Positions 12,370-25,171 of a stretch of 64,000 bases of DNA are shown in pieces. The stretch covers positions 4,584,587-4,648,586 of the forward strand of contig CM120648.1 of assembly GCA_051362555.1 (NCBI GenBank), given 5' to 3'. How positions within the stretch are numbered: position 1 is the stretch's first letter; each line of letters begins with the position of its first letter. The position numbers and the translations under genes are program-made. The notes under the pieces are model-generated. The model did no database searches, had not been told where the DNA came from, and worked only from the letters and a program-made list of their open reading frames with translations. The stretch is from Lingula anatina. Taxonomy: Eukaryota; Animalia; Brachiopoda.

Positions 12370-14063
12370 CATAACATTAGCACAGCATGTTAAGCCAGAT
12401 CACAATTAAAAACTGGACATCAAACGGTTAAATGACAACCTGAACCATCACACCGGTTCGCTGTGAGAGATTGATAACTTTAAAGCCTAAGAATTATTGC
12501 TTCGTATTATTTTTTACTGAATTTTATAATTGCAAATATGAAAGTTTTGTGCGTATTAGCTGCCAAAACCGGGGCACCAGCATTAGATGATCGATCGAGT
12601 CACAATAATGGGTCCAATGTAAGGGTACATGTAGTAGATGTAATTGCATCTCATGTAAATATTAGAGGAAACTAAATACATCACGATCATCTGTACAAAA
12701 TGCTTTTTATGTAATAGTCTGCAGATGGGTATACAACAATTGCACAGTAGACAAAATTGGGAAAAGCTGACATGGAATTTCAAGCTGTACTCAGAATTCT
12801 TTACTCTGGTCGTGGAGAGAATAAATAGACTTTTGTTGAAAAGGTTGTACAAACATGCAGTTAATCATATTCTGCAATAATATACACATTGAAACAGAAA
12901 ATAAACGCCTCTTTTTTTTGCAAATGCAGTTATTATACACTACACTGTACATATCAGATTCATCTTGGTATCGACTTGTGTTTCACATCTGTTGTCAGCG
13001 TGAAATATGAACTCTTGTTTGTGCTTTCCCCAATCATCTAAAATTGAAATTGTGTATGTTTCGCAAATTAATTACAAGAGTAGGAAACAAGCCTTTACTC
13101 TTACTGACTGTTCCATTTTCCTGGGAATCTGTGCAAGAGTCATTAAAATCCTTACTATCTGTATCTTTTTTCGTTCTGCGGTAAATACGGAACAGAGAAA
13201 AAATGGAGAGCACGTGCCTATCTCTTAGGTTCGGAGGTAACCCAGCGCCTTCCACCCCCTAAAATACAATAATAGTTATACTTATGATAGTAATAAGAAT
13301 GAAAGAACTGAAACAAATAAAACCAAAGAGCAGGAATGTGAGGGACAAGTGCCCAAACCAAGCAATTTTGCTATCCCTGTGTCTTGCATATTATGGTGAA
13401 AAGACTCGTCTGTTATTATGATTTACTACATATAATTTTTTTCCTGTGCCCCCTTCCTGTCCCCTTGAAAACCACGGACCCGCTATTGATGACAGTTGAA
13501 CGAAAGCACCTGTAGCCAACTTTGCCACTCCGCAATTATGGCTTTCGTAAACTTTTCGCAGTTTTCAGAAACTACTTTTTTTACACCATTAGAAGTTGCC
13601 GTCGCTCTCGCTCACACTCTGTCATCTCTGATAGAAGTTGAGACATGTCACGTTATGTCTGTTATTGCCAAGAACACAGAGTATATTGCAATTTGTATCG
13701 AATTCCTCCATCAGTGAATAGGCACCGTATCTGGTACTATACTGTTTATGGTGTAACGGAATTACTTTAGATCCAAAACATACATTGCTTGTGTACATTG
13801 TGTGCTGATTAAGCTGTCAGTAATAATACCATAAGGCATATGGCAGAGCACAAAGACATGTAACGCCTTGTTCTATCTTTTGAAGTCCGATCCCTTGAAT
13901 GTAACAGAAATGATAGATTTTCGTAATACATGATGTAAGTGTTAGGGGTGTCTGAATTGGCGTAATTTAATTGTGAATAAAAGCCCTCTTTGTCCCTCTG
14001 TTTCCCATACCATCGTTCCAGAGGCTGTATATGTAGGAAATAAATAGGGCTGCAATAGGAAAC

Positions 14064-17000
14064 ATGACGGGAAACACAAACAGTGGAAACACTAGCGCAG
14101 GTAATTCTTATATTAATATTTCCCCTTTATTAAACTATACACATTTCTAAGTGTTCTATAAATAGGCCTATAGTGGCACATTGTCCACGTCCAAACTATG
14201 TAGGCCTACCATATTTTTAAAATGAGATATGAACATCATCGTGGTGAAATTAAGTTAGCTAATTTCGTTTTATTAGTTCTCTCTGAACTGAACACCAGCC
14301 ACAGTGGCCCAGATGATGGCCCAAGGTACACAAAGGAGGCACTGGGTACCAAGGGTGGATATCGGACCGGCCATTATAGCGCCGCCACAGGTAACGGCAG
14401 TTCACTTCCTGTATCGCAATATCTAAATATATGAAACGCTCCAGTAGGGGCCTACTTGCTCGGGTATGTAAATAAGTAGGCTATAGGCCTACAAAAAGTA
14501 TTGAATATATACTTAAAAAACATTGGTTAATAATGCATTTCACACTCCAGTTATGCCTGGATCGTCTTATCTTACTTTAAGTTTTACCAATTTTCAAAAC
14601 ACCTATCTCAAATAATCTCTAGTAACGTTATGACCTATATGTAGGCTCTACGCTTGAAGCAGGAAACAGCATCCACAATTAGAATGTTCTCAGATTTACC
14701 ACCGAAATTCCGTTTAAATGCATTTTCTCGATATCTACCCTTTCAGTTCAATAGGAATTCCTATTTAATCTGATGTTATCTATGTGTTTCAAAGAAAATG
14801 AGTACACGGTTCCGAGAAAACTGCCTCCCATAATTAACAGAAGTGTAGATGACGTTGGTGCAGCCAAGACAGGACAGGCTACATCAGTGAAGAAGAGGAC
14901 ACTGGTAGTTGTTACCGTGACCTTGACGCTGATTGCCCTTGGAATCCTAGGAGCTTTCCTGGCCAGGGAATTCACAGGTTGCAAGTTAACACTCTCAGAT
15001 TATTAGATACTTTATAGCTGCAAAATTTTGTAGGCCTACCATAACAATTTATACAATTTGTTCAAAATGGGCACTGGCAATTGCAATGATTTTCTTGGAG
15101 ACAACTGACCTATAGTCAGTGACCATTTGTCTTGATTGCAACCACTAGATTGTCAAGCATGTTTTAAAATCCAAACAGAAGTATCCCATCCAAACATCCC
15201 ATTTTGAATTATCAATCAATTCTTTAGCTTCCAGAGCAATTGCTGTAAACACGAACACAACAGAGCGCCCCGGAAAATTCAAGGGAAGCTCACCCTCAAC
15301 AACGATGTATTTCATAACGGCACATTCAACACTGAGAACAAAAACTCAAAGCACTACCACCGGTGACGTAACGAAACGAATAAATCCCGGTAAGATTCAG
15401 AGGGTGAGAGGTTTTAAGGCTATAATTGAATCCAGATCAAAGATAAAAGATTTTACTATTGCCACAAATAAATAAAATGCAAAGACCTTTTTAGAGGAAG
15501 GATTGGAGGTGCAATAAGATCCTTGTATAATACTTTGTTACTTCTATTTTCATTGGAAAACCGCGGGTCATCACTAGCAAATGGACAGCAACCGACACCT
15601 TTTCACTTGTTGTCAAACTGTCCCTCAAGTGCATATTAAATGAACAAACAAATGAGTAAAAAAAATTAATATATGTAGATAAGAAAGAATAACTGATCTT
15701 AATATTGTACTTTTTTCATATTTTCCATTCTGGAGCCTGCACACATAACGGTACGATGGCCTGGGTGATGACAAACGTGTACTTCAACGATGGCACGTTT
15801 CTCTCAGCGGAATTGAAACACAGCCTGGACGACTGCGTTGTGAAATGCCGAAATGACAAGGCATGCAAGGGCGGCACGTACCACTCGCCGTCTTATAGTT
15901 GTTACATACTGGATGAAGTAAGACAGACAGGTATAATGTGTGCTGTCCTGTCAATGAGTGAAGACATGCTGTTCATAATTGTACCTTGTTTGTGAAGGTG
16001 TAAATCGTGGAATCAATCTAAATCTCCCTATTACTCCAGGTTACAGCGTTGGCTGGAGTGCCTTCGTGATGGCGCCGGAATGTGGCTGTGAAATGATGGA
16101 GTTCCAAAATTTATCCCTGTTCCGTATTTATGAATTCATTACAGGTAAGGGTATTTTACAGCTATAATCAAACTGAATTAGAGTTGCAGTACTTTGGTAA
16201 TATGGATTATTTACAAATACAGTGCATGTTCTTATGTGTTATTTCTATATTTCTGTAAGTTTTTAAACGTTACGTTAAGCATTCTACGACCTCGCCATAC
16301 TGACTGAATTTTTTCTCCCTTTTTAAACATGTTCAGGATTTGTCTTATGTGCATTTTTATATATCTAATTTAATGGTACTTTAGGCATTCCATGATCATG
16401 CTATTCTGGTCGAAGATATTTTTTCAGTTTAAAATATGTTCAAGGGAAGGGTCTGGAGGTTCGACAACAATCGCTTTTTTGGTCGGAAATGGTCTCCTTG
16501 GAATCAATGTTTAATCAATGTTCTAAAAACATGTTTTCCATGTCACAAATAAGATCAACTTAAAGGGGGAGGGGGGGGGGCAAAGGGTCAATTTTTCAAA
16601 ATAAGACCCCCTTTGAAATTACCAGATACAGCCCTGACAATGGCACATGTATGTTTGTATGTATATGCTACGTGTTAAATCCACCTATCCTTTAAAGATG
16701 TGTATATGCTACGTGTTAAATGCACCTATCCTTTAAAGATGTGTATATGTATCTTTGTAGAGGTATCGTACGTGTCGTACTTCGCCGAGACAGCACAGAA
16801 TTGCTCTCAATCATGCAGAGTGTCTGCTACCTGCGAAATGGCCGACTTTTACCCCCCAGGAAAGGTGAACGTGTAAACATTTCAAAAATAGTTTTCCATT
16901 CATCATCTACATAAAAATCCGCTCTATAGGAAAATAATACAAGATGTGTAAACTTAATCTATTTCATTTGAACGGTTTGTCATGTTTTCTCTGTGTTGGA

Positions 17001-17148
17001 ACGCTTCTATACTCAGTTATATATCTCTTTCAAGAATTGCTCCCATTATGAGGGCTGGCCATTGCTTATTGCTCCCGCAGAATATGGAGAAACGTTCTAC
17101 TTGAAAAGTGCGGGATGTTATAATATGACTGAAGACGTCAACCATTGA
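14064..17148 (+). CDS. Type II membrane protein with Thr-rich stalk and two PAN/apple-like domains (paralog A)
   Basis: Exons 14064-14100, 14277-14390, 14795-14977 (KKR + signal anchor), 15228-15389 (Thr/Ser-rich), 15736-15930 (C...C.....C.G......C), 16040-16144, 16761-16864, 17035-17148; phases consistent; start tentative. Confidence 0.7.
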
Positions 17149-18883
17149 CACTTCTCCGATTACATGCACATGGAACTTGACAGTGTGTTATCATCTCCTT
17201 TCGGAATATTTCCGCAATTTGCCGAGTAGTTTATATATTGCTCCAATGCACCATATTCACCGCACTACGTACATTTTTGCTCCGGGCACGGCTTGTGTAT
17301 GCTTTACAATATAGAAATATATAGAAACGGATGTTTGATTCGATTTGCAATTTCTTGGTTTCGCGACACTGAAGAAAATACAGTCTGCAGAAAAAAAACA
17401 CGAAAAACTAAACGTGAAATCATGTGATTAAAAGAAAAAAATTTCAAATTATTGAAAAGTGTTAGGCATGTAGAGATCTATGAATAGTCGGTCGACAAGA
17501 CAGATCTATAGATTTTCGGTACTTCTCAATATCTTATAGATTAATATAGAGGTTTATGTGTGGCAAGTCAGCTTTATATAACTGAAATATATCATGTATT
17601 ATGTTATGAAAAGTTTGAGAGAGAGAGACATAAAGGGTTGTCCGTTTGACAAAAATTGATCAACTGTAGGAAAAAAGTAAGTTTTCTATACACTGTTAAT
17701 CATAGATAGAAAGATATAGATTTCATAGGTGAATGAAATGATACAATAAAAATTCCAAGACCAAAGTGAGCTTGTAAAATTCCATGTGAACAAGTAACCA
17801 ACTCTTGTAGTTGTGATCCCAAGATGTGGTAAACAACTAATACTAGTATCTGTACAGATATAGTAATATAAAGGAGCTTTCAATAAGGAATTGTACTAGT
17901 GCGGTATAATACGAAATACTTCAAAGATTTCATTGCATTTAAATACCTTTCCAAGAACTAATTTAATTGTGTAAATTCGTGAATGGTGGATCTCGAATAA
18001 ATTGAAATGCTGTTAGAAATCATTTTCTTTATATGATTAATCAATTTGATATTCCAATCGAATAATTATTCTTCTGTTTACATGATACTCAAATGATCCA
18101 ATACTTTTAAGCAAGCTCTTCCTTATATTTCAATTTTGTCTAAACCGGCCATTTTGACCCATGGAACTAATCAAAACAAATTTGAAATGACTACCGTAGG
18201 CCAATATGTCAGTCCTGGCTCGAATTTTTGGTTTTTATCTGTAATTTGGTTGTGGGCAGAAAAGTTAGGTTCACCACACACCCCTCAACGACCTTTGCGG
18301 TTTAATCACGTCAATGAATTACAATCTATTATCTCTTACAATAAAATGGCTTTATTCAACCAATGAGAAATATACATACACCTAATTTGTGTATACATAT
18401 CACAAGCTCGATAGGTGTGACATAATAAACCAACGCATGGCACTGTTATATTTATGTTGCTATAACTTATACATTTGTTATATTCGTACGAAGAAAAGCG
18501 ACACTTTTTCTCATTTAAAATTAAGATTACTTGGAATCCTATTCAGGTATATTTAGAGTCCAATTTGGCTGCTTTTTCTCTCTGTCACGTTTTATGCAAC
18601 ATCCACCGTGATTCACGAGTTCATTGTATATCAATGTGAACACGGTATGCCACGCCCAATTGACATTGCTAGCAATTAACTAGCAAGGGCCATTTACAAC
18701 ACTAACCAATATGTCATTGCCATATGGTTAGTACAGCAAGGTCAGTCGGAGTATTGGGATTAGCATATATGGGACGAATGTCACCTGTAAAAAGTACTCG
18801 AGAACGGACTACGGTTCTTAGTAGACTACCATCCCTGTCATACTGGTACAACTTCAAAAACCGCTGTTACATGTGAGCGATCG

Positions 18884-21800
18884 CTAGCACCCGCGGCTTT
18901 TGACGTAAAAGTTTTCTTCCGCCGTACCGAATCCAATGAATGGCCAAGTGTTGTAGCTGTGACATTTCTGAAACACAATCAAACAGTCATAAATGATACC
19001 TCATCGCATTTTTAAATAAGGAGTAACTTTGCCCATTATTGTTGATGGTCATTTACACTGGAAATAGTTCAATGTATATTTTGTAATGTTCTTCATGAAA
19101 AAAAATGATACATAAACCAATAAGGCTATACTATCCACTACACTACAGCTCGTTTAACCTCCCTATCAGGCCCACAGTTTGATTTTTCACTTGATATTCA
19201 AAGATATTCTCTGGTTAATTCATGACACTTTTCTCAACACAGTACGCGTTAACTAGAGCCATGTTTGTATCAGAATTCCCGCTGGAGAGAAATGTGCACA
19301 GCTAGTGAACAGCCAGAAAAAACATCTGTGGAGAAAAATCTCTCTGTGACCTTGTCGAAGTATAGTTTTCACCATAATATAACGATTTTCATTGCAACAA
19401 ATGCATCCTTATACATGTGCGCCGGAAAAATGTACATACAGTATGCTAGCATATTCTAAGAATGCAAGATGTCACTAGGCTACAAAATAACCAAATAATT
19501 TTGGCATGTAACCCCCCTTTAAAAACTGGATGCAGTTTATTTGAAGAAATAACTTCCTTCTCGGTTTCTCGCATGAACTAATGTGGTATTTGCAATGATA
19601 GCAGACTGTCTTTGACAACGTTTCTTTAAATTACACACCTGGCAAAATTTAACGATCGTGGTTTTCTGTACCGTTACCTTATCAATGGGATTGAACTGTG
19701 TCAAGAGGCAGAGAGGTTCCGCCAGACAAGCCTCTGGACAGTCATCTGGCTTACTGGCTGGAAATGACCACTTGTTGACACCTGTGTAAAAATAGAAGGC
19801 GAGTTCAGATATCTGACTTACTATGGCAGCGCGGCAATACAGTTATTAGGCCTATAAACCGCAGCGACATTTTAGAAACGATAAAAGACACACATATTAT
19901 ACCATTTATGCACACACATATACACGAGCGAGCGCTGCGCATGCACATAAATACACGCACATAGGATAATGCATTGACTATAAATTGCAACATCATTAAA
20001 ATACGATAATGAGCATCATCCGAGAAATCCGGATGTCTCGTGAATTACGTCGCGTATTTTAGGCATACATATTATTGCAAAACACGACGCACGCATGCAC
20101 GTAAACACACATGCATGAAAATACAGCTTCTATAATTTGCAGCATTTACACATTTCAGTAATATGCAGCAGTTATACATGTACATGTACACCAATATCGC
20201 ACGTGCGTGCACACACGCATTCTCACCCGCACACGCACACAAGCACGCATGGGCATGTCTACACGTCGTGCATTACCTGGTGGATATGAACCATGAACGT
20301 AGAGGGTCATGCCAGTGTGCTTCTCCATTTCGCAGTTACATTCCGATGACTTTATGATGGTTATCACGCCGACATCGGTATCTGGAATTAATTTTTTTCT
20401 ATCATAACATTCCTATTTGGTAAAATAATTATTGTTCCGGCTTGTGAGATTGAAATGGCTCACGCTGTTAGTATTATGTAGCCAGACTGACTGCAAATGT
20501 ACAATAAAAAGTTAGAGGGATGGGAGGAAGTGTTCGTCCCCTCAAATACTTCCAGGGGGTCGCACTCTGAAACCGAACGACGATGTATATGTACACAGAG
20601 TAAACTAATTATAACCAACAACACGGATATATTAATAAATGGAAAACCAAACAAGAAATAGATCAATCAAAGAAAAAATAATAATTTAACTGTAATAAAA
20701 TCAAAACTTGTAATCAATTAGTGCATAATTCTCTCCATACACGTGGACTGCACTCCGGCCAAGCCCATGCTACACACCATCCCCGTGATAAAGTAGACCC
20801 CGGCACCGCACTGACGGTCGCTGGCACATCTCTGCTTACAGTTCTCAAAGGTGAGGCCGTAAATCAACCTGTGCTCGACGAAGTCGAAGTTCATAAGCAT
20901 CCCAGGTATCTCGTGGAACCCGTATGTACAGCCAACTGAATGAAGAACAAAAAGAAGGTCATAAAAGGATAAGGGCGATTTTGCATTTGGAAAATGACGA
21001 ATAATGATGTTCATTGATCGATTGGTTTGCCATTTGTGGTTAGATATTCTGTTTCTGACAAACCTGCATATACTATAAAGCTCTGTAAATTAAATCTTGA
21101 CACCTGAATACAGCTATGATTTGGAAGGTTGGTCGCAAATCGTCGACAGAATAGACGTGGCAAATGTTCATGTTTCACCTGTTTTCTATAATAAAAGATC
21201 CTTTAATAAAATGATAAATACTTTTAAGCCTTTGATTTTGCCTCTGTTTATTCTCTGACTATTTTGCTCCTTATACTGCATTTTGATAATGGGACAGTGT
21301 GTGAACCCCTAAAGTAGAGCGGGAGTAGGGGAGGGGGGAGGTGTGCGTGTTCTAGCTACGATCCATTGTATTTGGTTGTTATAGGAATTAAATTCCTTAA
21401 AACAGTTGTCTACTGGTGATAGTTCACCAAGGTTCAGTGTCCTCACTTTGTGTCAGAAACTTTCTATCCTACTTGCGGTATGCTGCCTTGGAAATAATAA
21501 AGACGCATTAAATTCTGTGACCATTTTCATCCAATCTCCACAAGAAAGACACATATGAGCTTACCTTAATGCAACAATTTGGCTTCATTACTTTTCATTA
21601 ATTCACGTTTGTACCTACCAGTGGTGGATTGCTCCATTGTCGATTTTACGAGAGTAGTGGTATTTGGTTCTGCAGGATCCACAGTAAGTGTGGTAGTGTG
21701 AGGAAGTCCAAAATTAGCCGTGGTATGGTTCTGCCCTTTAAAGGTGCCAGACACAGGGGCCGTAGTTATTTTGGCATGACCTGTTCTAAGTTCGGTAGAT

Positions 21801-23011
21801 TGAGGAACTCCAAAACCAGCCGTAGTAAGGTGCTGTTCTTTAAAGGTGCCAGTCCCGGAGGACTGGCGAGCACTTGGTCCAGGGTTCGCTGTGGTAATGG
21901 AGTGATTGCTCAGTTCCGCTGTCGACTTCTGTGCGGTTGTGTGGTTGCCGTTAATTTGGTGTGTTGTGTGGTGTTCTTCAGTGTTGGTCGTGTCGTACCA
22001 ATTGGTTACAGTTGAGGTTTGTGCCCCTGTGACTTGTACACTGGCGCTGCTGTGTGAAATATCTGGCACTGTGCCGGCTTCTGCGGCCTCAATGGTACCG
22101 TTTTTCTTCTTGACGTCCACTAAAATTGGTTTCTTTGCTGGAAACCCCGGTACATACTTTTTAGTTATAGGTCACTAAAATACAACCGACTTAAACATGA
22201 ACCAATGCATCTAAAATGTATCTGCTTATTGCTTAATCCGTTTTAACTTACAACTAAAATACTTGTGAAAGTACCTGTCGTGTCACCTATCCGTTATGGC
22301 CTATGTAATATTGTACAAGTTTCGTTCAACAAAGACGGCTAACGATGGTGTATAAAACATAATAGACCAGATATCTAACTTTGTCTTTATTGAAAGTCAA
22401 CATCTAGCTATGGTTCATTGTATGGAGGGTGAAGACCTGTTAGCACGTGTCTGTGGTATTGATATGCGCATTGATTGATTAGTTACAATAATTAATATAT
22501 CCATTTACAAAAGCCAAGAAAAAATCCGTGAGTACAAGTTCCGGATGAAAAAGTACAAAACATTAACCCTTACGAACCTCTAAATGCCACTCCCAACACC
22601 ACGCCCAGCACAACAACAGGAACTAACAACACAATTAAAATGATCATAGTTTTCCTCTTGATTCTTATTGTAGTGTCACTGGACGCCCGAATTTTTTTCA
22701 TGGTGGTTTGTCCTTCTTTCCTCCCATTGGTCTCCGTGGCTACAAATATGGCAAGTAAATAGCATAGTTGGCTAGGGAGTAAATCATTTCCTAAACAACA
22801 GCATCTTTTACAGGGAACAATACCGTACCACTCTCAAACATCTTAAACCAATCAACGAAATTTAACACAACTGTCTACAGATCTAAAATTCTTGCTGAAT
22901 AGTAAAAAACTTAAATTGCAAGTAAATGCAGAAATGAATTACATAAGATAATTTCACAATTCATGAAACATTGTATCTACCTTTAGCGCCATGACGTGAT
23001 GACTCCTTCAT
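18884..23011 (-). CDS. Type II membrane protein with mucin-like stalk and two PAN/apple-like domains (paralog B)
   Basis: Exons 23011-22981, 22739-22578 (KRK + IILIVLLVPVVVLGVVLGVAF anchor), 22119-21619 (Thr-rich), 20935-20741, 20381-20277, 19781-19678, 18967-18884; the PAN exons have the same lengths (195/105/104) as paralog A; first exon tentative. Confidence 0.72.
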
Positions 23012-25171
23012 GTTCACAAGTGACGTCAGATTCTTGTTTCTTTTTCTGTTTTTTTTTTACCTGCTCAGTGAAATGGGTGCAATTACGTCTCCTTGCATCA
23101 CTTTCACGATGCATAAACTTCCACTGCAACAGCAGCATCAACTATGGTTGAACTGACATCGTGTTATTAGTGTAACATCTGCATTTACTCCCTTTTCAAT
23201 CACGAAATGGGTTTTGCCTCATGGCGGTTTAGAGTTTCCTATTCTATCAAAGCGTCCACATGGCATCACTTCATTCAAATATATAGAAATGTTGGGTAAG
23301 TTTTCTTATAAAAGATGATAGGAATATGGAAAATCCTTGTTCTAATTTTAATAGACAGATGACGTGTTGTATTTTGTTGTGTTTGGCTGGGCATTTGCAC
23401 TGATTGAACCAAAGACTTCAGATATAATCAAAATAACCCCCTTTAGGGACCATCCATTCTTATCATCATTTGCTCAAGTCTACAAAGAGTAGACTTTTTT
23501 CCAGACTCCTTCTCCCCTTCAGAGAATACAAAATGAAAAGCTAAAAATGATGGCCTTTGAGAGCAATTTGATTCAACATTTTAATCATTTTTTAAAAGCG
23601 CGCACGGGGCATTACCCCAACCCCTGAGCGTACGGTTGGTGGATGACCAGGGATGTTGACTATGAAAGCACTTCATTTGTGGAGAAAATGTAAAATATAT
23701 GAAAAAAATCCCATAGGGTTCTACAATGTATATATAGTGATAGAAACCAATGTTCAAATCACATTGGCAACTAAATTGGGCTAATATCAGTCTTAAGCAT
23801 TAAATATGGATAAAAGTGTCAAATTAAAGAAAATTATATCATACAAAATTATCATAAGGACATAACCTTTATTTGTTGGAAATGGTAGAGTGAATGCACC
23901 CAGAATACGCCAAAATTTTCATTTTCTATTTTCTAATTTTATTTTAAAGATAAAAGTTTAAAAGGATTTTTGGTGTCAGTGCATGTGCTAGTAGTTTGTC
24001 TCATTCAGATTTAAATATAGTCCAAGGTAATACTGTATATCATCTGCCCTAGCGGTAAAGTGGCCTTGTGTGACTGCAGCTATGGCAACCGTCACCAGTA
24101 TCAAAATATTAATCTGAAATGAATATTAAACAGTATAAGTGTGGCATGATACCGATCATATCATAAATCACTCCCTGCTCGACTCCTTTGCTAGAATTAA
24201 ATGTAATAAAACGGTACAGACTTGCATGTCTGTTCTGTGTGCGCGTGTGCATACAGTTTGTATTTGTGTTTGTTACGCATCTTTACCCCCCTCCCCTTTG
24301 ATCCTGGATTGAAACCGGGTTTCAACACAGTTAACAGACCCTTAGGGTTGCTCCACGAGAGTCGAGATAATTAACTCTATGGGATGTGAGGAGATCTCAG
24401 GGTTGGTGAAAGTCAAAAGGTGTACGTGTAAAACTGCCTTGTGACGTCAGTCAAAACCTAACCGGTGTAACTTAGTCCCACACTTAACACTGGCACCGGA
24501 AGTCAGGGCCACATGGTCACCGCCGATAACGTCTTTCATCCACGCGATCTTTTCGATATAACTTACCCCTCTTCCTGTACACTACTACATGTAATGGTGG
24601 CAAAGACATTGTTATTCATGTTTCCGGGTTGCTAAGGGAACCGTGGATACCGGACTGTGTGTAGCTATATGTGGCTGGGGCTGCATTAATTATTGTGGAG
24701 GGACGTTTTAGGACTGTCGCTGTCTAACTTAGGTGATGTCTATTGTAAGTTCTGTTTGCATGGAAATGGTTCAATTTATGTCTACAGGGCGTGTAAGTGT
24801 CGCGGGGTTAATATAATGGAAATAGCCCAAATTTATTACTTCGTGAGAAAAAGTGAGGTCCGTTATTTGCAACCGTATTTTCAAAGGAGCTCCGTTCCTT
24901 GACGGATGCAGTCTTTCTATGGGACGATCAGATATACCAGTACATCGATCTCGAAGTGGACGAGGAAGATTTTATGTTGCGTACATTGACACCGAAGTAC
25001 ATAAACAATAGCAATCTGAGAATTCTCATGTAAGGTCAATTTGATCGATGTAGCACAACGGGGTGAAAAGGAAAAAGTCTGCAACATCACCAGTGTCACA
25101 TTTAACAGCGGTGAGAACAATTTAAGCAGCGTGTGGATAGGGCCTATATCAAAATGTTCACAAGAACTCAA

